Positions 30,567 to 40,233 of a stretch of 58,785 nt of DNA are shown piece by piece. This DNA is from a virus. Its lineage: Duplodnaviria > Caudoviricetes. Both the position numbers and the translations under genes were made by a program. The stretch spans positions 1-58,785 of IMG/VR virus record IMGVR_UViG_3300021507_000132; one strand, written 5' to 3'. Within the stretch, counting starts at the first letter, position 1, and the number at the start of each line of letters is the position of its first letter. Below the pieces are notes generated by a model that did not search any database, was not told the DNA's origin, and worked only from the letters and a program-made list of their open reading frames with translations.

Positions 30567-31998
30567 GTTTTTCCCTCTGCTCAATATAACTTTTTTCAGC
30601 CCCATAATTAGATACATTATTATATATATTAACTTGTGAAGTTGCTCCATAAACAATACATGTCTTATATTTACAGGCAGCATAATAAGCTAAAGCTAAT
30701 GCTATAGCACAATCGTCGTGTCTTGTTTTGCTAACATATTTTCCATTAGTTATATCAATATATGAAAGTTCATGCAATAAAGTTTTCATTTTGAGTTCTG
30801 CTTCATTGTTGTAAGGTATCTTAATTTTCTGATCTTCAAAAGCTCTTTGTAATGAATGGAGAATCATTCCTCTTTTGTTTGGAGAAAAGTCAAAACCTAT
30901 TACTGGAAGTCCTCTGCTTTTCAGATTACTTATGAATGCATGACCAAACAAACTTCTATCTACTTCTATCCTTAGTGGCTTGAATCTTTCATACAATTCT
31001 TCCAGTTTTCTTTCCTGAATGTTTGGCGGAACACCCCTCATTCTTTCCATATGTGCTATAGCAAAACTGCCTTCGTCTTGTTGTTCAAGAACCATAAAGA
31101 CAGTATAGTCGCCCTTTCGTGATTCTGCTAAATCTACACCCACAAAATACTTTTTTGTTGTGTCTCCATATTCTAACAATCCTCTGTTGTGATCCAAACT
31201 TGATATAAGAACATCTGAAGGAAAAGCTCTGTCTTCGTCAGACATTAATTGTAGCAAATATTCTCTATTAAATCGAGGTTCTCCAATTGTTCTTTTTATG
31301 ACTTTCAGCCTAGAAATGGAATACCTTTCTGGCCATAAGGGTTTTCCGTCTTTAATAGCTGGATATTCCAAACTATAAAAATGAGGATTATTTTTCAATC
31401 TTGCTAATAGGTCATAACTTGTTTCTGGAGTGCCTATTGCTATGCATTTCCCTTTTTTAGCATATATTGTTGGCAAAACTGCTGACAAGAACATATCCAC
31501 TTCTTGTATCTGTCCGCACTCTTCAACTAAAAGATAATCCACTTGATAACCTCTCAAGTTGGGTGACAAACATTTGGAATAAAATACGCAGTGATTTGAA
31601 GTGTCTAATTTAGATTTAGTCCAAGTTCCAGACACACTTGTTGGCTTTAAGAATCTAAGCAGTCTGTTGTTTTCAACAGTATATCTGATTTTTTGCAAGA
31701 TTTCAAAAGCTCTGTCTTCAGTAGGTGATATGATTAAAAAAGTTTTATTGCTGTGATATGTTGCTATATACAAAGGCAATAAGACACCAAAAGTAAGTGT
31801 TTTTCCCGAACCTCTAGAAGCAGCAATAACAACATTCTGGTGTGTAAGTGCTGCGTCTATCCATTCTTCCTGAAATTTAGGTACTTTCAATTCTACGCCT
31901 TCAATTTCTTTTACGATATTCTCAACAAAATATTTGTAAGACAGACTGCCTTCCAGAAACATCTCCGTTGCTTTTTCCAAATCAATTGCTAATTTCAT
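30529..31998 (-). CDS. terL: terminase large subunit
   Basis: ASRGSGKT Walker A, LRG..VDYLLVEE Walker B, IGTP, GVDLA, HDDCAIALALA. Confidence 0.95.
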   Translation of the reverse strand: MKLAIDLEKATEMFLEGSLSYKYFVENIVKEIEGVELKVPKFQEEWIDAALTHQNVVIAASRGSGKTLTFGVLLPLYIATYHSNKTFLIISPTEDRAFEILQKIRYTVENNRLLRFLKPTSVSGTWTKSKLDTSNHCVFYSKCLSPNLRGYQVDYLLVEECGQIQEVDMFLSAVLPTIYAKKGKCIAIGTPETSYDLLARLKNNPHFYSLEYPAIKDGKPLWPERYSISRLKVIKRTIGEPRFNREYLLQLMSDEDRAFPSDVLISSLDHNRGLLEYGDTTKKYFVGVDLAESRKGDYTVFMVLEQQDEGSFAIAHMERMRGVPPNIQERKLEELYERFKPLRIEVDRSLFGHAFISNLKSRGLPVIGFDFSPNKRGMILHSLQRAFEDQKIKIPYNNEAELKMKTLLHELSYIDITNGKYVSKTRHDDCAIALALAYYAACKYKTCIVYGATSQVNIYNNVSNYGAEKSYIEQREKHVEMLKEQLGLD

Positions 31999-32131
31999 TG
32001 TATTTCTCCTCAATATCCAACAATATTTCTAACAGTTCCAACCACGAACTGGCTTTATACTTGACTTTAAGTTGTGCTAGTTTCCAATAAACTTGTTCTT
32101 TTTCCCGGTTGATATTTATATTCAGTCGCAT
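31982..32131 (-). CDS. small ribbon-helix-helix-like protein (49 aa, absent from ORF track)
   Basis: MRLNININREKEQVYWKLAQLKVKYKASSWLELLEILL: strand-helix-helix pattern; overlaps terminase start. Confidence 0.55.
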   Translation of the reverse strand: MRLNININREKEQVYWKLAQLKVKYKASSWLELLEILLDIEEKYNEISN

Positions 32132-32249
32132 AATAAATACATGGAGTAAAAGAAGGACAGGATCAGCCCCCAGACCTACTTATCAGCCTGCCCTTCTTCT
32201 AATGCCTCCATAATATATATAATATAATAGAAATCAATATATATTCTTA

Positions 32250-32579
32250 ATGAGTAGTAAATATATGTATAGAAAAGGCTATGTAGGTGAATATTTGATT
32301 AAAAATAGGTTGATAAAAGAATATGGTAAAATAAATGTCCTGAAAATTGCAATATCGCAAGAAGGTTCTGATTTCATAGTTTTACAAAAAGGAAAGATTA
32401 TAAAAGTTGTGGAAGTCAAAGAAACCACTAAAGACAAGTATTATCCAAGTCAAAAAGAAAAAAGACAATTTGAAAGAATCAGGAGTTTTGCTAAAGAACA
32501 CAAAATACCTGCTGAATTATATATAGTATATAGAAAAGGCAGAGGCAAGAAGTCTGAAATTGTGAAAAAAGAATTATAA
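32250..32579 (+). CDS. hjc: archaeal-type Holliday junction resolvase
   Basis: YRKGYVGE...SDFIV...VEVK PD-(D/E)xK pattern. Confidence 0.8.
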   Translation: MSSKYMYRKGYVGEYLIKNRLIKEYGKINVLKIAISQEGSDFIVLQKGKIIKVVEVKETTKDKYYPSQKEKRQFERIRSFAKEHKIPAELYIVYRKGRGKKSEIVKKEL

Positions 32580-32591
32580 CAGTGTAATAAT
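32573..32591. promoter_or_regulatory. 19-bp palindromic operator copy (1 mismatch)
   Basis: ATTATAACAGTGTAATAAT; perfect copies at 45585 and 49683. Confidence 0.55.
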
Positions 32592-32681
32592 CCAATATAA
32601 ATACTTCACTATAACTGAAATTATGAGATACGACGAAGATGATGAAGAAGAAGACGAGGAATAATCCTCTAAGAAATGTCC

Positions 32682-33611
32682 TTATAATTTCTGATTTTGT
32701 TTTTTGAATTTTTTTCCTATTTCTTGTCCAATTCTTTTTTTAACAGCTTTTTCCAGTTTTTTTAACATTTCACTATCAAAATCTCCTTTTACTTTTAGTC
32801 TTTCCATAAACCAATTTACAACTCTCGCAGTCTTTTTGCTTATGTCTTCTCTAGTGCCAATGCAAGCTCTTTCTACTAAATCAAGATATTCTTTAAATTC
32901 TTTGTCTGTGAATCCTGCCTTTAATCCAAGTTCTGGTTCTGCATAACCTTGTAATACATGATCTAATATCACGTTTTCTGGTCTGGATTTCGGAACTTTC
33001 TTTATCACTTTTTTAATCCTGTCTTTAAACTCTTCAGGACAATCTTCCCATTTGTATTTCAATATTTTATTTCCGTCTACGGATTTCAAAACTACACCTT
33101 CGCAATATTCTGGCAATTTTTTCATTTCCTTTTTCAGTTTTTTCAGATTGCTAAACAAACCAATATTTCCAATAAAGTTCAAATCAAAAGTCTTACAGAG
33201 ATTTTCAACGACTTCAGCATTCAAAAACCTTGTCTTTTCTGGTCTTCTCAAATTCATGATGTCAAAAACAAAATAGTCAAAATCTTTATCACCTTTATAA
33301 TTGCTCATTGTATTCTTGCCAACAACTTCCATTACAAGCACTAGATTGGGATAGACTCTGAAAAACCTTTCCAGTTTCTTGCCAATGTTTTCTCTTATTA
33401 GATTGTTGGTCTTTTCGTCAATTAAACCACCTCTCAAAAATGCCACCCAATCTTTATCTACTTTTGCTACTCTCACGTTGTAACCGTTAATCTTCTGTTG
33501 AGCAAACATTGGTTCTTCTAATTTCACTAAATGCAGTAATTTTGGATACGGAGGTATAATTGTGTCTCCCACTTTTACTCTCCCCAAACTGCTTATTATT
33601 TCTGCTCTCAT
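32682..33611 (-). CDS. ATP-dependent RNA ligase (archaeal Rnl3/Pab1020-like)
   Basis: QQKINGYNVRV, FLRGG, MEVVG, FVFDI, EGVVLK, ILKY. Confidence 0.82.
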   Translation of the reverse strand: MRAEIISSLGRVKVGDTIIPPYPKLLHLVKLEEPMFAQQKINGYNVRVAKVDKDWVAFLRGGLIDEKTNNLIRENIGKKLERFFRVYPNLVLVMEVVGKNTMSNYKGDKDFDYFVFDIMNLRRPEKTRFLNAEVVENLCKTFDLNFIGNIGLFSNLKKLKKEMKKLPEYCEGVVLKSVDGNKILKYKWEDCPEEFKDRIKKVIKKVPKSRPENVILDHVLQGYAEPELGLKAGFTDKEFKEYLDLVERACIGTREDISKKTARVVNWFMERLKVKGDFDSEMLKKLEKAVKKRIGQEIGKKFKKQNQKL

Positions 33612-34195
33612 TTTAATTCCAAACAATCACAAACTTTCCTAAGTCTGTAATAAAGATTAGGAATTTCGGCAGCAGAAAATCCATTCACGCTGTTTAACAA
33701 ATCAACAAATTCACTTTTGGTTTTGACAAGTCCTGCTTCTGCCATTGCCAAATACAAAATTGCCAAAGAAGTATACTTTGAATACAATAGAGAATATTTG
33801 CCTTGTTCTCTTATCAACTTCAAATAATAATTGGCTTTCCTTTTTACTTTGCCATTGCATTTTAACAATTTCTCATATTTTTTCAAAAACTCGTCAGCAG
33901 AAGCTGGTCTTACATTCAGATTTATTGTTTGTTTGATTTTTCTGCTCACTTTAGAAACTCGTCTGACGGGTGTATTTGCAATGCTGCTTAAATCCGAAAT
34001 TGCAACAGGATAATTCAAAGACCTTAAACCAACATACACCAATCCGCAAGCTATATCTTTAGTATCATGCAAAGCGATAAATTTTTCCTTAACAATTTTC
34101 TCATATAAATCTAATACTCTCTGCTTTTGTTTTTTATTGACTTCTAATGCTGCAAAAATATGTTCCAAATGTTCCAATATATTCTTGTTTCTCAT
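33608..34195 (-). CDS. TFB/TFIIB cyclin-repeat protein lacking the zinc ribbon
   Basis: ACGLVYVGLR..YPVAISDLS..LNVRPASADEFL..LAILYLA two cyclin-like repeats. Confidence 0.7.
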   Translation of the reverse strand: MRNKNILEHLEHIFAALEVNKKQKQRVLDLYEKIVKEKFIALHDTKDIACGLVYVGLRSLNYPVAISDLSSIANTPVRRVSKVSRKIKQTINLNVRPASADEFLKKYEKLLKCNGKVKRKANYYLKLIREQGKYSLLYSKYTSLAILYLAMAEAGLVKTKSEFVDLLNSVNGFSAAEIPNLYYRLRKVCDCLELK

Positions 34196-34250
34196 TCATA
34201 ATATTACTTAATTTTATATTTATAGTTTTCTGTTGTCTAATATATACTAT

Positions 34251-34451
34251 TCAGAGCATATGACCTACTATCACTGAAAAAAGTGTAATAACAATTCCTG
34301 CAAGCAAATACCATAAACGACTATCCAATTTATCCATTTTCTTTTTCACATATTTCATATCTGTCTTAAGAGATCCTAATTCTCCATTTATTGTAGCAAT
34401 GTGTTTCCACACTTCTTCTAATTTATAACTCTTTCGTGTCATTATTAACAT
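34251..34451 (-). CDS. small coiled-coil + C-terminal TM protein (holin/XhlA-like)
   Basis: LKTDMKYVKKKMDKLDSRLWYLLAGIVITLF. Confidence 0.55.
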   Translation of the reverse strand: MLIMTRKSYKLEEVWKHIATINGELGSLKTDMKYVKKKMDKLDSRLWYLLAGIVITLFSVIVGHML

Positions 34452-34595
34452 AAGTGTTTATTGTATTTATGGCAAGTCAAACAAATCTCCTATGTTTGAG
34501 CTGTAAAAGACATTATGACAGTACTTGTCCTGGTTGGGTAGAAGACATAACTGTTGCTGGGAAAGCTTGTAAGTACTATATTAAAAAAGATTCTC

Positions 34596-35393
34596 ATGAT
34601 GTTCAACAACAACACTTGTAAAGTCTTGCTAGGAGACTGTTTGGAGCTAATGAAAGAATTGAAAGATGAATCTATAGACATGATTTTAACAGATCCTCCT
34701 TATATGATTTCAAGAGAAGCGAAAATTGCCAGAAGCAGAAATCCTCTCAAGAGAAGGATGAAATATCAAGGCAAAGACATTTCCATGATGTTTGGAGAAT
34801 GGGATATTTTTGAAACTGAAGACCAATACTGGAAGTTCATATATGCTGCATTGAAACAGTTTAAAAGGATACTGAAAATAGGAGGTCATATGCTTATCTT
34901 CTTTGATAGGTTCAAAATTACGCCATTAGTGGAATGGTGCAGAAAGAATGATTTTATAGCAAGGCAGCCATTATGGTGGTTAAAGAGTAATCCAGTTCCA
35001 ATGGCAAAGAAAGTTTCTTTTATGAGTGCTCATGAATTGATTTTCTGGGCAACAAAGCATACCACTTCTAGAAAATACTCTACATTTCACTACGAACTTG
35101 GACAACATCCAGACTATTTCGTTCATTGTATTCCGCCAAAAAAATCAAAATCAGATGGAATAAGACAACACCCTTGCCAAAAACCAGTAAAATTAATGGA
35201 ATGGCTTATATCATATCTTTCAAACGAAAACGATACAATATTAGATCCGTTTGCAGGTTCTGGCACTACTGGCGTTGCTGCTATAAACTTGAACAGAAAA
35301 TGCATCCTTATTGAAAAATCTCCGCATTATTACAGTGTAATAATTTCCAGACTAAAACCTCTTTTGTCCCAAAGAAATTTAAATAATATTTAA
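34596..35393 (+). CDS. DNA methyltransferase (beta class, N4C/N6A)
   Basis: LTDPPY, HPCQKP, LDPFAGSGTT. Confidence 0.93.
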   Translation: MMFNNNTCKVLLGDCLELMKELKDESIDMILTDPPYMISREAKIARSRNPLKRRMKYQGKDISMMFGEWDIFETEDQYWKFIYAALKQFKRILKIGGHMLIFFDRFKITPLVEWCRKNDFIARQPLWWLKSNPVPMAKKVSFMSAHELIFWATKHTTSRKYSTFHYELGQHPDYFVHCIPPKKSKSDGIRQHPCQKPVKLMEWLISYLSNENDTILDPFAGSGTTGVAAINLNRKCILIEKSPHYYSVIISRLKPLLSQRNLNNI

Positions 35394-35415
35394 ATATTTA
35401 AATGTTATATATATA

Positions 35416-35607
35416 ATGGAGGAAAGCACTGTAAAACGAACAGGAACAGGATTGCACATTCTAGTCAGCAAAAAGAAATTTAAAGAAGGAGAGTCTGTGG
35501 TAGTACTTACTGCTAAAGAATACAAAGAACTGAAAGAAAAAGAAGAAGTTATAAAACTGATAAACGAAAAAGTAGACGAGTTAATAAATAAACTGCATAA
35601 ATATTGA
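35416..35607 (+). CDS. small DUF2080/AbrB-like protein
   Basis: VKRTGTGLHILVSKK..GESVVV; immediately precedes array 2. Confidence 0.55.
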   Translation: MEESTVKRTGTGLHILVSKKKFKEGESVVVLTAKEYKELKEKEEVIKLINEKVDELINKLHKY

Positions 35608-35613
35608 TTATGG

Positions 35614-36609
35614 AGCCTCTTTCTGCAAGAAAAACCTGCAAGAGATAGCGAGCCATAAAAAAATAGAAATCCTAAGAAAGTGAGCGAAAACAGCCAAATA
35701 AAGTAAGTAAAACGCCCTTTGGCTCATAGCGAAACAGCCAAAATACAAGAGAAAAACCCTTAAAAGTATAGCGAAATAAACAGCCATAAGATGAAAGCTA
35801 AACCTTAAAATCATAGCGGCAGCCATAAGATGAAAGAAAAGAACCATTAAAGCTTAGCGAGCCTAGTTCACACAGAAAAACCATGTGGAGATAGCAGCCA
35901 CACAAAAGAAGCAAACCTTGTTTAAAAAGCGAATTAGCCACCAATTAACAGAAATCCCAAGAAAGTTGAGCGAGCCTAAAGTCTTCAGACTACCAGAAAG
36001 AGCGAGCGAGCCATCAAGATAGAGTATACCCTTTGGCTAATAGCGGTTAGCCATGTTGAAGAAGCAAACCTTGGTTCTCTAGCATTAGTAGCAAAAAGAG
36101 CGAGCCAAAACCTACAAAGCCAAAAATAGTTAATGAACCTTATAAAATTAGCGAGCCAAAAATGAAGAACAAACTCTGAAACTTCCAGCGAATCTTTGTA
36201 TAGCTGGTATTTAAGAGAAAACTCATAAAAGTATAGCGTTAGCCAATGAAATAAAGAAACCCTAAGATAGATTGCGAGCCATATGAATTGAGAAACCCAT
36301 AATAATCTAGCGTTAGCAGCCAATGAAACCTAGAATCACCTTACTGCAGAAGCGAGCCTGAGAATACAAACAAGCACATAAACTTTGAGCGTGACAGCCT
36401 TATATATATAGCAAAACCCAAGTAACTTGAGCGAGCCAAAAATATCAAGGTGCCCATGAAAGTTGAGCGTGCCTTTGGTTCTTAGCAAACCCAAAAGCAA
36501 AAAGCGAGCCTGGTTTGCATAGCAAACCATAAAATTAAAGCGAGCAACTTAAAGCGACCACTACAAATAAGCGAGTCATATAACTATTGTCACCCATTTA
36601 ACACAAGCG
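35614..36609 (+). ncRNA. TIGR-like tandem guide RNA array 2 (~25 units), orphan
   Basis: Units AGCC(A/T)-N9-AG-(4-7 nt)-CC(A/T)-N9-AGCG, e.g. AGCCA-TATGAATTG-AGAAACCCA-TAATAATCT-AGCG. Confidence 0.9.
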
Positions 36610-36621
36610 AAAATCCCAATA

Positions 36622-37470
36622 CTACTCAAAAATTATCTCAAAATGATCTTCGCCTCTCAAATCTCTTTGTTCTATGCCAACTTTCTTTTTAATCACAGGT
36701 AAGAATTCAGGATTCAACTCTATCCCAATACAATTCCTTCTCAATTCTTTAGCCACTTTCATTGTGGTTCCAGAACCAAGAAAAGGATCCAGAACCCAAT
36801 CACCTTCAAATCCCAGTTCCGGCACAGCAGCAAAAGAAAACATTTTAATAATTCTGGCAGGCAATTCTTCAGGAAACATAGCAATATGTTCTTTCTGTCT
36901 TATCCCCGGAAATTTCCAATGTCCAGTAAAACATTTCCTCCAATCTTCCAAACTCAATTTTGATTCGTCTTTAATTCTCTTATCCAATTTCCTGCTTTTC
37001 CCAGGTTTCTTAAATATCAACACAAATTCATAATCATATTCCACAATCCCGTTCCTAGGATAAGGAAAAGAACCCATAACACTTGCTCCTCCACTGGGAT
37101 TGACATTTCCAACTTTCTGCCATATAATCCCACCCATATAATCAAATCCGATTTTCTCGCATTCCAGAACCAAATTTGCCTGAACCGGTAAAACTTTATA
37201 CCTGCCCAAAACAGGACTGGTATTATAGACGTCGCCAACATTGATAACAAGCCGACAACCAGATTCCAGAACTCTATAACATTCTTTCCACACAATATTC
37301 AGATCTTCAATATACTTCTCAAAAGAACTGCTAAATCCGATTTGATTCTCAATTCCATAATCTTTAATATGAGCATAAGGAGGAGAAGTAACAATTAATT
37401 GAACAGAATTATCAGGCAACCATTTTCTCATATTCCTCGCGTCTCCAATAATTATTTTATATTCGCACAT
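36622..37470 (-). CDS. DNA methyltransferase (beta class, likely N4C)
   Basis: VTSPPY, HIAMFPEEL, LDPFLGSGTT; likely start MCEYKII. Confidence 0.93.
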   Translation of the reverse strand: MCEYKIIIGDARNMRKWLPDNSVQLIVTSPPYAHIKDYGIENQIGFSSSFEKYIEDLNIVWKECYRVLESGCRLVINVGDVYNTSPVLGRYKVLPVQANLVLECEKIGFDYMGGIIWQKVGNVNPSGGASVMGSFPYPRNGIVEYDYEFVLIFKKPGKSRKLDKRIKDESKLSLEDWRKCFTGHWKFPGIRQKEHIAMFPEELPARIIKMFSFAAVPELGFEGDWVLDPFLGSGTTMKVAKELRRNCIGIELNPEFLPVIKKKVGIEQRDLRGEDHFEIIFE

Positions 37471-37474
37471 AATT

Positions 37475-37822
37475 ATGATAAGCACAAAAAACATAATACT
37501 AGTTGCTGTGTTTGTTTTTACAATTTTAATAGGAATTACCAGCGTATATTTGATTGTAAATACAAACTTGTCCAAATACGTGCCGTTAGGATATAAAACC
37601 ATAACCATGGATGGAATAGACAAATATGAAGAAATATCTAGTGATGTTCCTGTTATATTGGTTGTTGAAGGAATTGGCAATATAATAAAAATAAAGGACA
37701 ATACTGAAGTGAAAAAGATAAAAATTAGTGGAATAGATATTGTTATATACCTTCCTTTAGATTGTTATCCTGAAATAGAAGATGATGGCATTGATACAAA
37801 AATAATACATATAAGTAATTAA
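37475..37822 (+). CDS. membrane-anchored small beta-solenoid-like protein
   Basis: N-terminal TM; repeated GID/GIG units. Confidence 0.55.
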   Translation: MISTKNIILVAVFVFTILIGITSVYLIVNTNLSKYVPLGYKTITMDGIDKYEEISSDVPVILVVEGIGNIIKIKDNTEVKKIKISGIDIVIYLPLDCYPEIEDDGIDTKIIHISN

Positions 37823-37880
37823 ATGTAATGCTTTGTAATCTTTTAGTATTATGTTGTGCTACTTTGTGATACTGTTATTT

Positions 37881-38032
37881 TTGTTATAGTATATTCTTAT
37901 TTTCATTTATTGTTATAGTATGTATGGGTTGTAGTATTTGTTATAGTATATGTGGGTTGGCGTGTGTTTATGTGTGTATTGGTGTATTGGTATATTGTTA
38001 TTTTGTTATTTTTGTTATAGTATATGTGGGTT
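37881..38032 (+). repeat. iteron-like direct repeats TTGTTATAGTA (x4) at start of long AT-rich non-coding region
   Basis: Copies at 37881, 37910, 37938, 38012; TTTGTTATAGTATATGTGGGTT exact twice. Confidence 0.7.
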
Positions 38033-38601
38033 AGCACCTCACTCCATATCTCATTTCTCTCCGTGAAACTATATTTTCCAGTATATAAATCACAAAATAT
38101 ATTTTCTACAATATAAATCTCTAAATTTTGTATTTATCTCTAAAATACTCCAAAAATATGAGCATATATAACATTTATTATATGTTTTGCATTATATATT
38201 TTTTATTGCATTTGTCAGATTTCCTAGGTCTAGAATATATAATGGATTATATACAACTGAGAATATAAAACAAATAAGAATTTATTTTTATTATTCTAAA
38301 ATAAAAAATCTAAATTTTTGGGTTTTTATATGGATTTTCTTAAAAATATGAAGATTTATATTCTTGATAATATAAAAATTGTATTCTTGATTATATATTT
38401 TGGATAATATAAAAAAATCTAATTTGTTAATATTCTCTTAATACTCTAAAAATTTTATGTCTTATTTTTGGATATTTCTTTTATTTTATATTTTTTGATT
38501 TATATTTTTTGCAACAGAAAACTATATATATTAATTATGTTTATTTTTATTATCTTATCCCATCCCATCCTAGTGGATGGGGTTGGATAAGATTTCCAAA
38601 T

Positions 38602-39006
38602 ATGCAAGAAAAAGAAAAAGAAAAGGGTTCAGACAGTAACACAATAGACAGCAGAAATATAATAACAGCAGAAAAAGAGAATTTCCTTAATGAGATAAGA
38701 GAAAAGATAAAAAACAAAAGACCGTTAGAAGCAGGAAGACAAAAGACAAAAATATCTGTAAATCTAGAGAAGTTAAAAATGTTAAAAGAAGTAATGATAA
38801 GACAGCAAGAAGGTATTGTTTTGGCATTGGACGACTTCAATAATATATTTGATGCAAATCTAACAAATGAGATAAAAAACAGTAATGGCAGATTTTACAA
38901 CTATAAAAGAAAAATAAACGAATTGACAAAAGACGCAAAAGACAAAAGAGGGATTTGGTTGGAGAATAGTGATGTTGAGGGATATGTTGAAATAGCACTC
39001 AAATAA
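38602..39006 (+). CDS. hypothetical protein
   Basis: Likely start MQEKEK, preceded by a stem-loop at 38552-38591, followed by a T-tract. Confidence 0.65.
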   Translation: MQEKEKEKGSDSNTIDSRNIITAEKENFLNEIREKIKNKRPLEAGRQKTKISVNLEKLKMLKEVMIRQQEGIVLALDDFNNIFDANLTNEIKNSNGRFYNYKRKINELTKDAKDKRGIWLENSDVEGYVEIALK

Positions 39007-39051
39007 TCTCTTTTCTTTTCTTTTTGTTTTTTTATATTTGTTTTTTTGAAT

Positions 39052-39549
39052 ATGAGAAGAAAAAGATTTATAAAATTAGAAAAATCTTATCAAGTTAAAA
39101 AATTAGACACATATCTAAAATTTTTATTATCAAATAAAGATAAATCCAAATTAGAAAATATAATAATTTATAAATTTCCTAAAAAGAAAAAACAAAGAAT
39201 TAAAAAAGAATTAAGAAAATTGGATAATGAGCATCCATTAAAAGACAACAATTTAAAAGAAAAATTAAATAATTCAAAATCAAAAGAAATTAAATTTAAA
39301 CCTGTTTATTTATGGAATGATAAAAAAGAAAAATTAAGGAATTATTTAAAAGAATTTGATAAATTAGAATGGTTGAAAGAAGAGATAAAAAGAGAAAAAG
39401 TTATAATAATGAATAAAGAAGATTTCTTTAAAATGTTTAAAAGAAGCATTATAGAGCATGATTCTGATTTAATAATGTCTGTTAAGCATAAAAGTAATGG
39501 TGAATTTGTTTATATTACTACAAAGCAAGTTGTATTAAATTCTCCATAA
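39052..39549 (+). CDS. hypothetical Lys-rich protein
   Basis: 166-codon ORF. Confidence 0.5.
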   Translation: MRRKRFIKLEKSYQVKKLDTYLKFLLSNKDKSKLENIIIYKFPKKKKQRIKKELRKLDNEHPLKDNNLKEKLNNSKSKEIKFKPVYLWNDKKEKLRNYLKEFDKLEWLKEEIKREKVIIMNKEDFFKMFKRSIIEHDSDLIMSVKHKSNGEFVYITTKQVVLNSP

Positions 39550-39568
39550 GAAATAAAGGCGTTCAATT

Positions 39569-39682
39569 ATGGAATATAAATTAAGCGAAATAGAAGAAAA
39601 GTTTGAAAGAGGTCTAATAACGCAGGAAGAATACGCTCAGTATATTAAAGCCAAATTAAAGCATATTGAAGCATTTAAATAA
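39569..39682 (+). CDS. small SHOCT-like protein (37 aa), paralog of 45457-45591
   Basis: KLSEIEEKFERGLITQEEYAQYIKAKLK. Confidence 0.6.
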   Translation: MEYKLSEIEEKFERGLITQEEYAQYIKAKLKHIEAFK

Positions 39683-40233
39683 TATATAAATAATTTTGAT
39701 TTGAATGCTTAATATTTAAATAATATTTAAATGTTTTTAGTATTTTCTATGATTTTTGAGGTTTTGAAGCATAATAATTATGCTTATTTTTAATACCATT
39801 TAAATAATATATAAATATTCTCTTTTAAAAAGTCATTTATTTAAATAAAATATATATGCTTTTTTAGTATATTTTTAATGCTTTTAATATGGGTTTAATT
39901 GATTAAAAAATATAGAAAAATAAAATTTCAAGTAATTATGTTTATTTTTACTCAAGACTAAATTTAATACATTAACAAAAATAAACATAATTATTAAGAG
40001 TGGGTTTTGGTGAAGGCTGGGTGAGGGAGTGTAAGTATCCCCCACCCAGATTTTACAATTGAATAGTTAAACCAGCTAGATTTTATTCTAAATAGTTAAT
40101 CCTTCAGCCAGATTTTACAATTAAATCGTTATTATCTATCTTCTCTAGATTTTAATTTATATTAAACAATAATATTTTTCTATTATGAAAAAAGGAGTTA
40201 TTAAAAGAATTAAAAAAATGAATAAAACAATAA

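Noticed and set aside
32141-32211. Second BHB intron or canonical K-turn in the terminase leader hairpin
   Set aside because: The required 4-bp central helix does not pair and the box C/D geometry is imperfect
35608-36530. Minus-strand ORFs 35608-35847, 35985-36323, 36336-36530
   Set aside because: Shadow ORFs of the array; their WLA/LAR periodicity mirrors the repeats
35614-36609. CRISPR array interpretation of both repeat arrays
   Set aside because: Conserved parts are only 4-9 nt and alternate with two 9-nt spacers; no 23-47-nt direct repeat and no cas genes
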